Part shown: in pieces, positions 32,335 to 41,328 of the stretch
Numbering within the stretch: the stretch's first letter is position 1
How the letters are laid out: each line of letters opens with the position of its first letter
Source: Candidatus Moraniibacteriota bacterium
GTDB taxonomy: Bacteria; Patescibacteriota; Minisyncoccia; Moranbacterales; UBA1568
Reading direction: 5' to 3'
Length of the DNA: 64,000 nt
NCBI GenBank assembly: GCA_963778555.1
Contig: CAVZUR010000005.1
Location: 33,756 to 97,755 of the forward strand
Program-made: the position numbers and the translations under genes
The notes under the pieces: model-generated
What the model saw: the letters and a program-made list of their open reading frames with translations, nothing else
The model's database searches: none
Told to the model about the DNA's origin: nothing

Positions 32335-33315
32335 ATGGTAGTAAAACAAACAACGCTGCAGAAATATGGGCGTTTTGGTGGACTCCTCCTTGTTGCGGTG
32401 CTTTTCCTTCCGATTTTAGGAGTGTATCTCTACCAAACGATGAGATTAGCCTCCAACCACATGGGTGTGTTGATGCGACCAAAAAACTCAGCCGTATACT
32501 CTACAGGCTATGGTGGCATGATGGGGCTAACAGACAACAAGAGGCGAGCAGCGTTTGAAGTGGCAGAGATTTCAAGACCGGCGGGTATGATGGGCGGTGT
32601 CGCAGTGAGCGCCCCCGCTACGATAGATCGTCAATTGATGAAGAGTGCCACGCTCGATTTGCGTGCCCGGAGTCTCGATTGGACAGTCGGCAAGATTCAG
32701 GAAATTACCAAGAATGTCGGCGGATATGTCGAGAGTGCGAATGTCTCTCAACCGAAAGTGAACGTCAAGACGGCGTGGCTGACGGTCCGAGTCCCGGCTG
32801 ATCGTCTTGATGTGACGCTCGACGAGGTAAAAAAGTCGGCATCGGCGGTCATGAATGAACACCTGAATATCGGGGATGTCACGGACCAGGATATCGATCT
32901 CTCAGCCCGTCTCGGCGCCAAGCTTGCCGAAGAATCCGCACTGGTCTCATTGCTGGACAAAGCCGTGAAGGTCAGTGATGTGATTGAAGTGACGGATCGC
33001 CTCACTCTGGTGCGCGGCGAGATCGAGCGGATGCAAGCGGAGCAGCGCATGCTGAGAGGCCAGGTAGCCATGGCTACGGTATCGATTTCTATCACCGAAG
33101 ATCCACGTGTTGCAGTTGACACGAACTCAGTGCGTGACGGGAATGTCGTCAAGCAATCTCTTGCTGATGTCTCTCGCTGGGGCATCGCGCTCGGCAGCGC
33201 TCTGGTCGCCTTCCTCATCAGTGGCGTCCCGATTATCATCATCTATGGATTCTTTCTCTGGGTGGCCTATCGAATCGGTCGTGCCATCGCCCATCGGGTA
33301 GTGCATCGGAAATAG
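32335..33315 (+). CDS. DUF4349-like membrane protein
   Basis: GGYVES, LTVRVPA, DVTDQDIDL, EIER, ATVSI and C-terminal TM. Confidence 0.8.
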   Translation: MVVKQTTLQKYGRFGGLLLVAVLFLPILGVYLYQTMRLASNHMGVLMRPKNSAVYSTGYGGMMGLTDNKRRAAFEVAEISRPAGMMGGVAVSAPATIDRQLMKSATLDLRARSLDWTVGKIQEITKNVGGYVESANVSQPKVNVKTAWLTVRVPADRLDVTLDEVKKSASAVMNEHLNIGDVTDQDIDLSARLGAKLAEESALVSLLDKAVKVSDVIEVTDRLTLVRGEIERMQAEQRMLRGQVAMATVSISITEDPRVAVDTNSVRDGNVVKQSLADVSRWGIALGSALVAFLISGVPIIIIYGFFLWVAYRIGRAIAHRVVHRK

Positions 33316-33372
33316 TCGGATTGAATCGATACATACTATCCCGTCCCCGTGGCGGGATAGTATTATTGTCGG

Positions 33373-33408
33373 AAAAGAAAAAGCGCCCCGTCGTTGAAAC
33401 AGGGTGCT
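33373..33408 (-). terminator. Terminator of the small - strand ORF
   Basis: AGCACCCTG...CGGGGCGCT followed by TTTTCTTTT on the - strand. Confidence 0.65.
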
Positions 33409-33424
33409 GGGCCAGGAGAGGGAT

Positions 33425-33616
33425 TCACTCACCCCGTGCGCTTCGAATGGACTTCTCAAAATCCGTCACGGTGTTGGTGGGTGGCTGGAGAGGTTCTGGA
33501 TAGGGTGGATGGAACGGCGAGGTCACTCTCGATGTTTGGTCCACCCAACTGTGGAGCGGATTGCCGCTGAAACGCTGGCCTTTGGCCGTCTTAATGATGA
33601 GCGGGTGTTGCTGCAC
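33425..33616 (-). CDS. Small orphan protein (about 63 aa)
   Basis: AGGAG SD before GTG; TTGCCA-18-TATGCT promoter; downstream terminator. Confidence 0.45.
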   Translation of the reverse strand: MQQHPLIIKTAKGQRFSGNPLHSWVDQTSRVTSPFHPPYPEPLQPPTNTVTDFEKSIRSARGE

Positions 33617-33754
33617 GATGGCTCTCCTGTAAAGTGCTGCATTTAGCATAGAACGCCGCCGTCTTCAGTGGCAAGTTCTGGCGGATGAAAAAATCCCGAT
33701 TTTCTCTTGAAAAAAGGCTCATTTTCGGCTAGAGTAGGGGAGTAATGCGCTGGT

Positions 33755-36294
33755 ATGGCTATGAAATACGACCCGAAAAAGATCGAAAGGAAGTGGCAGA
33801 AAGTCTGGGCAGCGGGTCATCCTGGGCCGATTGGTAAACGCGGAAAATACTCGGTGCTCGACATGTTTCCGTATCCATCGGGCGATGGGCTGCATGTCGG
33901 CCATGTCGAGAACTTCACGGCTACCGATATCTACGCGCGCTTCATGCGCTTTCAGGGCTATGAAGTGTTTCACCCGATTGGCTGGGACGCGTTCGGGCTG
34001 CCGGCCGAAAACTTCGCCATCAAGACTGGCATCCATCCGGACAAACGGACGAAGGAATCTATCAAGAATTTCACTCGGCAGATCAAATCAATCGGTCTGT
34101 CGTATGATTGGGATCGTGAACTGAATACTTCGAGTCCGGAGTATTACCGTTGGACGCAGTGGATATTTCTGTTTTTGTACAAGAACGGCCTGGCCTACAA
34201 GAAAAAAGCGAAAGTGAACTGGTGTCCGTCCTGCCAGACGGTCTTGGCCAATGAGCAGGTCATCGACGGCAAATGCGACCGCTGCGGCGATAGCGTGGTC
34301 CAAAAAGATCTGGAACAATGGTTTTTTAAGATCACGGACTTCGTCGAACAACCAGGACCAAGAGCAGCAATAAGAAAATCTCTGGTCTGCTTTCCGGTCT
34401 CGAAACCATCGACTGGCCTGAATCGACCAAGGCGGCCCAGACGCCACTGGATCGGCCGGTGCGGAGGGAGCCGAGATTGTCTTCTATGTTGCGACACCGA
34501 AGAGGAAACCAGGGTCTTCACGACGCGCATCGACACGATTTATGGCTGTACATATCTGGTCGTGGCGCCCGAGCACCCACTCGTCAATGCGCTCTCAGGA
34601 CGGATCAAGAATATAAACCGAAGTGAGAGCAATACCTTGCCGACAATCAAAGAAAAAGACAGACCTCGAACGGACTGAACTCAATAAGGAAAAGACGGGT
34701 GTGCGCTCGAAGGGCGTCGAAGCCATGCATCCGTTGACAGGTGAAGGATGCCGGTCTACGTCGCCGACTACGTACTCGGTACCTATGGTACGGGAGCGGT
34801 GATGGCGTTCCGGCACATGATAAGAGGGATTTCGAGTTTGCGAAGAAACATGACCTACTTATTAAGTATGTTGTACATCCGATTGCATTTTCTTATCAAA
34901 AATCTGCGAGGACCTGGAAAACGGTCGAGAATATACATCCAGAAAAGAGCAAAGTGGACGAAAGGTGGCTTACTGATAGACTAGAGACCAAAGGCGTCCC
35001 TTATCTTGCTGATGGAAAGCTAATCAATTCAAGAGAATTTATTGGCTGACATTGTGATGAAGCGCGGGAGAAGATGGTCGCGTGGCTGAAGAAAGAAAAA
35101 CTGGGGAAGAAAGTGGTGAATTATCGGCTGCGTGATTGGCTTATTTCCCGGCAGCGCTATTGGGGTGCGCCGATCCCAATCATCTACTGTGATGACTGTG
35201 GGGCGGTGCCGGTGCCAGAGAAAGATCTGCCCGTGAAGCTACCGACAGATGTGGATTTCCGTCCGACCGGGGAGTCGCCACTTGTCCGTTCGAAAGCCTT
35301 TCATAAAGTAAAGTGTCCGAAATGCGGCGCGAAGGCGCGGCGCGAGAGCGATACGATGGATACTTTCGTCTGTTCGAGCTGGTACTATCTGCGTTACGCT
35401 GATCCGAACAATACGAAACAGTTCGCCTCGAAGAAAGCCTCGAGAAATATCTCCCGGTGGATTTCTATATGGGTGGGGCGGAACATACGGTACTCCACCT
35501 CCTCTATGCGCGTTTTTTCACCAAAGCGCTCTGCAGCACGGCTACCTCGCTTTCGACGAGCCGTTCGTGAAACTTCGCCATCAGGGGATGATTCTCGCGG
35601 AAAACGGTCAGAAAATGTCCAAATCGAAGGGGAATGTGGTCAATCCGGATCAGGTGATCGCGGAGTTCGGCGCGGATAGTCTGCGCCTCTATGAGATGTT
35701 CATGGGGCCGATCGAGGAGATGAAGGGATGGAATACGGCGAGTATGATCGGACTGAGACGATTTCTTGGAGAAGGTCTGGAAACTTGAAACACGGATAAC
35801 GGATCAAAAATCACAGATTAGGGATAAGAATCTTGAAACCTTATTCCACAAAACGATTAAGAAAGTTACCGAGGATATAGCCGAGCTTAAATTTAATACC
35901 GCTATCAGCGCCTTGATGATTTTCGTCAATGAAATAGAAAAGGAGGAAAAGCTTTCAGTCGGCAAGTTATAGGCGACTGTTAACACTGCTCGCTCCGTTC
36001 GCACCACATATCGCGGAAGAGCTTTGGCAGCGATTAGGAGAAAAGAAATCGATCTTTCTTGCTCCCTGGCCGAAGTTTGATCCGAAAAAAATCCGTGAGG
36101 AGACGAAAACAATCGGAGTCCAAGTGAATGGCAAGGTCCGCGGTACGATTGAGCTTGCGGTCGATGCGACGGAGGCTGAAGCGAAATCGCTCGCTCTCGG
36201 CGACTCAAAGATACAGGCATTCATCGGTGGGAAACAGCTGCGGAAATGTATCTATGTGCCGGGTCGTATCCTGAATTTCGTGGTCAGCAATTAA
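33755..36294 (+). CDS. leuS: Leucine--tRNA ligase (multiple frameshifts)
   Basis: [53 protein letters not shown] across fragments. Confidence 0.93.
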
Positions 36295-36304
36295 TTTTCA
36301 TCCT

Positions 36305-38131
36305 ATGTGCGGTATCGTCGGCTATACGGGCCAGCGCCAGGTCAAAGATGTTCTCATTGAAGGGTTGAAGCGCCTGGAATACCGTGGCTATGATTCGGCC
36401 GGAGTCGCCTTCCTCGACGGCAAGAAGGTACGGATCGTTAAGGCTGCTGGCAAGGTTGCTATCCTGGAGTCGAAAATCGGCACGCTTTCAGTTGCTGGGA
36501 TGGGTATTGCGCATACTCGTTGGGCGACGCATGGGAAACCATCTGAGAAGAATGCTCATCCGCACTCAGACTGCCAGAGTCATGTGGCGGTCGTGCATAA
36601 TGGTATCATCGAGAATTACCGCGAGTTGCGGGAGGTGTTAGAAAAGCAAGGGCATCGGTTTCGGTCAGAGACGGACACCGAGACGATTGCGCATCTGATT
36701 GAAGAAGGAATGAAGACGGATACCTTCGAAACGTCGTTCGTGATAGCTCTCAAAGTGCTTCGCGGGGCGTATGGCATTGTTGCCATTTCGAGCGAGCATC
36801 CGGGAGTGATGCTTGCGGCACGGAACAGCAGCCCGCTGGTCATCGGCATCGGGAAAGGCGAGATGTTCGTTGCGTCGGATGTCTCGGCGATGATTGGCGA
36901 CGTGAAGCGCGTCGTGTACCTCGATGACGGAGAAATAGCGAAAATTGATCGGGAGGGCTATACGGTCAAAACACTGGGGAGCCGGAAGCGAGCGAAAGCT
37001 GAGATTACGCTCGAATGGGATCAAGCTATCGCTGAACGGGGAGGATATCCGCATTTCATGCTGAAAGAGATCTTTGACCAGCCGAAGAGCTTCACGGACG
37101 CGCTCCGTGGCCGATTGCTTGTGAAGGAAGGGCGGGTTCGTCTCGGAGGTCTGAGGACAGTTGAGAAACGCCTTCGCCAGATCAATCGTATCGTTATCGT
37201 TTCTTGCGGGACCTCGTATCATTCCGGTCTCGTGGGAGAATACCTCATCGAGGAGCTGGCGCATATTCCGACTGAGGTTGAGATGGCCTCCGAATTCCGC
37301 TATCGCCAGCCGATTGTTGACAAGCGGACGGCGGTCATTGCGATTTCTCAATCGGGTGAAACAGCGGATACGCTCGCTGCTATCCGCGAGGCGAAGTCTC
37401 AGGGCGCGCTGACCATCGGCATCGTCAATGTCGTCGGTTCGACGATCGCGCGAGAAACGGATGCGGGCGTGTACTGCCACGCCGGTCCGGAGGTGAGTGT
37501 GGCCTCGACCAAAGCCTTTACTTCGCAACTGGCTGTCCTTTCGCTCTTGGCGATCTATCTCGGGCAGGATCGCGATCTGGCTCCGAAGCTTGTAGCCCGC
37601 ATCGTGAGGGAGTTGGCCAAGATTCCCAGGCATATGGAAACGGTCCTGAAAGGGACGAGTTCAATTCAGAGGCTCGCGAAACAATACGCGCGACAAGAAC
37701 ACTATCTCTATCTCGGCCGGAAATATAATTATCCGGACGCGCTTGAGGGCGCACTGAAGATCAAAGAGATCGCGTATGTTCCGGCCCAGGGTTATCCGAC
37801 CGGCGAGATGAAGCATGGGCCGATTGCGCTTATTGAACCTTCAGCCTTGGCCTTCATGCTCATTCCGCACGACAGTGTCTACGAGAAAAATATGAGCGGT
37901 CTGGAAGAAATCCTCGCTCGTGGCGGAAAAGTAATCGTACTAGCGACCGAAGGTGATACCGCTCTCAAACGAAAGGCGACGCATGTGATCGCCATTCCAA
38001 AAACACTCGAAATGCTCACACCGATTCTTTCGGCCCTCCCGCTTCAATTGTTCGCGTATTTCGTCGCCGTCGAGCGGGGCTATGATATCGATCAGCCCCG
38101 CAACCTGGCAAAGAGCGTCACAGTTGAGTAA
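36305..38131 (+). CDS. glmS: Glutamine--fructose-6-phosphate transaminase
   Basis: MCGIVG, HTRWATHG, SQSGETADT, PRNLAKSVTVE. Confidence 0.98.
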   Translation: MCGIVGYTGQRQVKDVLIEGLKRLEYRGYDSAGVAFLDGKKVRIVKAAGKVAILESKIGTLSVAGMGIAHTRWATHGKPSEKNAHPHSDCQSHVAVVHNGIIENYRELREVLEKQGHRFRSETDTETIAHLIEEGMKTDTFETSFVIALKVLRGAYGIVAISSEHPGVMLAARNSSPLVIGIGKGEMFVASDVSAMIGDVKRVVYLDDGEIAKIDREGYTVKTLGSRKRAKAEITLEWDQAIAERGGYPHFMLKEIFDQPKSFTDALRGRLLVKEGRVRLGGLRTVEKRLRQINRIVIVSCGTSYHSGLVGEYLIEELAHIPTEVEMASEFRYRQPIVDKRTAVIAISQSGETADTLAAIREAKSQGALTIGIVNVVGSTIARETDAGVYCHAGPEVSVASTKAFTSQLAVLSLLAIYLGQDRDLAPKLVARIVRELAKIPRHMETVLKGTSSIQRLAKQYARQEHYLYLGRKYNYPDALEGALKIKEIAYVPAQGYPTGEMKHGPIALIEPSALAFMLIPHDSVYEKNMSGLEEILARGGKVIVLATEGDTALKRKATHVIAIPKTLEMLTPILSALPLQLFAYFVAVERGYDIDQPRNLAKSVTVE

Positions 38132-38176
38132 GATACCTTGGAGGAGCAGGCTTTATCCGGCTGATTTTTTGCAAAT

Positions 38177-38851
38177 ATGAAAAGCGCTATCCCTGAATTT
38201 CTCCCGCTCGATCGGCCACTCATCGTCTTCGATCTCGAAACGACCGGCTTGTCCACGAGTGAGGACAAGATTATCGAACTTGCATATGAAAAGATTATGC
38301 CGGACGGCAGCGTGACGGCTCATGTCCAGCGCATCAATCCTGGGAAACCGATTGCGGCCGAAGCAAGTGCAATCAATGGGATAACGGACGCAGACGTGGC
38401 CCATGCTCCGAGTTTCGCGAAGCTGTCCTATGAGCTCTGGAGTGCTTTCGAGGGAGCGGATGTAGGCGGCTTCAATATCACTGGGTTTGATCTCCCGTTC
38501 CTCAAGGCAGAATTCGCGGCGGTCGGAAAAAGTTTTGATTACCTCTCACGGAAGATCTTGGATGCCAAGATTCTCTATCACAAGATGGAGAAGCGTGATA
38601 TGTTCGCACCCCGCAACCTCAGCGCCGCCTACAAGTTCTACTGCGGCAAGGAGCATACGAGTGCGCATACCGGAGCGGGCGATGTCCGCGTGACGGTCGA
38701 AGTGCTGGAGGAAGAATTGCGCCGGTATCCGGAATTCCGCGATTGGAAATATCTCGCCGAGCTCCATGGCAACAAGGATCTGCTCGAATCGGCAAAAACC
38801 GAGCATGCGAGCTATGAAGACACGGTGGCACGAGCCAATACGCTTTTCTAA
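38177..38851 (+). CDS. DEDDh 3'-5' exonuclease (DnaQ-like)
   Basis: FDLETTG, FNITGFD, HTGAGD. Confidence 0.9.
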   Translation: MKSAIPEFLPLDRPLIVFDLETTGLSTSEDKIIELAYEKIMPDGSVTAHVQRINPGKPIAAEASAINGITDADVAHAPSFAKLSYELWSAFEGADVGGFNITGFDLPFLKAEFAAVGKSFDYLSRKILDAKILYHKMEKRDMFAPRNLSAAYKFYCGKEHTSAHTGAGDVRVTVEVLEEELRRYPEFRDWKYLAELHGNKDLLESAKTEHASYEDTVARANTLF

Positions 38852-38860
38852 TGACGACGT

Positions 38861-39625
38861 ATGAGCAGTCTCGACGCGATTTTTCTCGGCATAGTCGAAG
38901 GGCTCACGGAGTTTCTTCCGATTTCTTCGACGGGGCATCTGATACTGACTTCACAGCTCCTGGGATTAGCTGAAACTGATTTTCTTAAATCATTCGAGGT
39001 AGTGATTCAGCTTGGTGCCATCCTAGCGGTTGTCACGCTCTATTGGCGGAAGCTATTCTTCGATTGGCCGATCATGCTGCGGATTGCGGTCGCGTTGCTT
39101 CCAGCGCTGGGCGTCGGGTACCTCTTCTATGCCACCATCCGATCAATGTTAGACTCACAGTTGACGGTTGTCCTGGCGCTTTTTTTCGGCGGTGTCATCC
39201 TTATTCTCTTTGAACGCTATCGGAAAGTGCCAGCCGTCACCGGCACTCTCGAAACGTTGACGTATCGACAAGCTGGAATCATCGGTCTCGCACAGGCACT
39301 CTCAGTCGTACCGGGAGTCTCTCGGGCCGGGGCTACAATCGTCGGTGGTCTTTTGACCGGACTTTCGCGACCTGCGTCCGTCGAGTTCTCCTTTCTCTTA
39401 GGGGTTCCGACTATGGTCGCCGCGACAACGCTCGATCTCGCCGAAAATTATCAGACGTTCTCCTGGGACGATGTGCAGTCGCTCTCACTCGGACTGATAA
39501 TGTCATTCCTGGTGGCGCTCATAGCGATTAAATTCCTCCTCCGTTTCGTGGAGACGCATTCATTCACTGCGTTTGGCGTGTACCGCATCATCGCCGCCGT
39601 TTTCTTTTACTTCTTCATTCTCTAG
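38861..39625 (+). CDS. uppP: Undecaprenyl-diphosphatase
   Basis: EGLTEFLPISSTGH, PGVSRAGAT. Confidence 0.96.
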   Translation: MSSLDAIFLGIVEGLTEFLPISSTGHLILTSQLLGLAETDFLKSFEVVIQLGAILAVVTLYWRKLFFDWPIMLRIAVALLPALGVGYLFYATIRSMLDSQLTVVLALFFGGVILILFERYRKVPAVTGTLETLTYRQAGIIGLAQALSVVPGVSRAGATIVGGLLTGLSRPASVEFSFLLGVPTMVAATTLDLAENYQTFSWDDVQSLSLGLIMSFLVALIAIKFLLRFVETHSFTAFGVYRIIAAVFFYFFIL

Positions 39626-39630
39626 TCTGC

Positions 39631-40488
39631 ATGCGCTCTCTCTACGGAAAACCGATTGCTGCCGAGATACTCCGGCAGACGAAAAAGTCGCTCCAGGCGC
39701 GCGGTGTCACTCCCGGATTGGGGGTGGTATTGGTGGGAAACGACCCAGCCTCAGAAATCTATGTCGAGTTGAAAGAGAAGGCTGCCCGATCGGTCGGCGT
39801 GGCTTTTGAGAAGCATCTCTTGCCAGCGGATAGCAGAACCGATGATGTCCGGTCACTGGTACAGAAACTCAATACGCGCGCGGATATCCATGGCATCATT
39901 GTCCAGCTCCCACTTCCCGCTGGCATCGAAGCGGATGCCGTAATCGCGACGATTTGTCCACACAAAGATGCTGATGGATTCCATCCCGAAACCGTTGAGC
40001 GCTTTCTTGCCGGATCGACTCATATACCGCCTGTGTTTCCGCGAGCGATTCTGGCGCTGCTTCGAAATACTGGCGTCACTCTGCAAGACAAACAGGCGCT
40101 CATTTTCGCGAATTCTCATTTGTTCGCTCGGGTGATGGCCAAGGCCCTCAGTCAATTCAGTATTCGTGCCGAAGACAGCCTGTTACTCACTCCGGCTGAA
40201 ACAAAGACCAAGCTTGCATCGGCCGACATCATCATCTCTGCCAAAGGTGACCCGCATTTTTTGAAGGGCGATATGGTCCGCTCGGGGGCGATCATCGTCG
40301 ATGGCGGCATCACGCGCGTCGGAGAGCGGGTGATGAGCGATGTGGATCCAGCGAGCTTCGAACTGATCGAGGGCTTTATTACTCCAGTTCCTGGTGGTGT
40401 CGGACCAGTGACAGTCGCGTACCTCATCGCTCGAGTAGCTGAACTTGCATTGGGCGGGTCGGATGAGGAGAGTATACTAGAGTCATGA
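39631..40488 (+). CDS. folD: Methylene-THF dehydrogenase/cyclohydrolase
   Basis: GIIVQLPLP, KDADG, TPVPGGVGPVT. Confidence 0.93.
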   Translation: MRSLYGKPIAAEILRQTKKSLQARGVTPGLGVVLVGNDPASEIYVELKEKAARSVGVAFEKHLLPADSRTDDVRSLVQKLNTRADIHGIIVQLPLPAGIEADAVIATICPHKDADGFHPETVERFLAGSTHIPPVFPRAILALLRNTGVTLQDKQALIFANSHLFARVMAKALSQFSIRAEDSLLLTPAETKTKLASADIIISAKGDPHFLKGDMVRSGAIIVDGGITRVGERVMSDVDPASFELIEGFITPVPGGVGPVTVAYLIARVAELALGGSDEESILES

Positions 40489-40985
40489 CAGTCAATCGGA
40501 AAAAATTGAAAGGATCAGTCCTCGGTTTCTCGCTCATGCTCCTTTCGGTCCTGCTTCTTTCAGGTATCACCGTCGTCAGTGTCTCTGTCTTGGAACGGAA
40601 AGCGAGTTTTGCGACGCAGAAGTCGGTGATTGCGTTTCAGGCTGCCGACAGCGGTGCCGAACGCGTTCTAAATATTATCTACATGAGGAATTCACCCGCG
40701 GTGGCGGTCTTGCCACTCGGCTCACTTACAATCGATGCCTCTATTTCCATCCTACCGCTTTCTGGTGCCGTTCTCATCGCCTGTGATTTTGCTACCAATA
40801 CTCTCACAGCGACGAATAATGCCGCACCAGTGTACACCTTTAACGTCGTGTTCTACAAAAATGATGGGTCAAGGGTTGGCTGTGCTGAAACCGGTTGGCG
40901 GGATTCAGTGGTGCGCATTCGGGTCGAAGGATTTTTCCAGCGTACCTCGCGCGTCGTGGAAATCGGCATCCGTCAGAGGGTCTAG
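40485..40985 (+). CDS. PilX-like minor pilin
   Basis: KGSVL plus hydrophobic helix, then AFQAADSGAE. Confidence 0.7.
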   Translation: MTVNRKKLKGSVLGFSLMLLSVLLLSGITVVSVSVLERKASFATQKSVIAFQAADSGAERVLNIIYMRNSPAVAVLPLGSLTIDASISILPLSGAVLIACDFATNTLTATNNAAPVYTFNVVFYKNDGSRVGCAETGWRDSVVRIRVEGFFQRTSRVVEIGIRQRV

Positions 40986-41001
40986 AGGAGTAATCAGAAT
41001 G

Positions 41002-41240
41002 TGCCGCGGGAGAGACTCGAACTCTCATGATATTGCTATCGCGGGATTTTGTCCTCCCAAGGCGGATAAAAGTCCCTGTTGCTATTGTGGGCGAGGAGAG
41101 ACTTGAACTCTCACGCTGTTGCCAGCATTGGATTTTGAGTCCAACGTGTCTACCATTCCACCACTCGCCCATTGTTTCCTCCGTGTGCCTGCCCGTCCGA
41201 AGTTCTTACGAAGGAGGGTCTACCATTCCACCACCGCGGC
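41002..41240 (-). tRNA. Outer tRNA-Leu (probably UAA) in four pieces: 41240-41218, 41186-41181, 41074-41070, 41050-41002
   Basis: Joined pieces give GCCGCGG TG GTGG AATGGTAG ACAC A CGGGA CT TAA AA TCCCG C GATA GCAA TATC AT GAGAG TTCGAGT CTCTC CCGCGGC A (83 nt, canonical stems). Confidence 0.8.
41088..41170 (-). tRNA. tRNA-Leu(CAA), intact, nested in the outer tRNA; CCA not encoded
   Basis: GGGCGAG TG GTGG AATGGTAG ACAC G TTGGA CT CAA AA TCCAA T GCTG GCAA CAGC GT GAGAG TTCAAGT CTCTC CTCGCCC A. Confidence 0.95.
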
Positions 41241-41282
41241 TTTTGAGCCTTTGAATGTTGCCAAAAAGGCTCTCTTTAGGGA

Positions 41283-41311
41283 AGAGTAGGCAATTGAAAG
41301 AGTGTTGTCAA
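41283..41311 (-). promoter_or_regulatory. Sigma70 promoter for the nested tRNA locus
   Basis: TTGACA-17 nt-TACTCT on the - strand. Confidence 0.7.
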
Positions 41312-41322
41312 TCACCTATAAT
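41294..41322 (+). promoter_or_regulatory. parA promoter, overlapping the divergent tRNA promoter
   Basis: TTGAAA-17 nt-TATAAT, 6 nt before ATG 41329. Confidence 0.7.
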
Positions 41323-41328
41323 GACCCT

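Noticed and set aside
33755-36294. Frameshifts in leuS, atpA, metG and nirK as pseudogenes or programmed frameshifting
   Set aside because: They hit essential genes at scattered positions, several in short homopolymers, with motifs intact on both sides; long-read indel error is the simplest explanation.
41002-41050. Outer tRNA 3' half as a prophage/integrative element att duplication
   Set aside because: It differs from the inner tRNA in acceptor, anticodon and variable stems, pairs with its own 5' half at 41218-41240, and no integrase is nearby.
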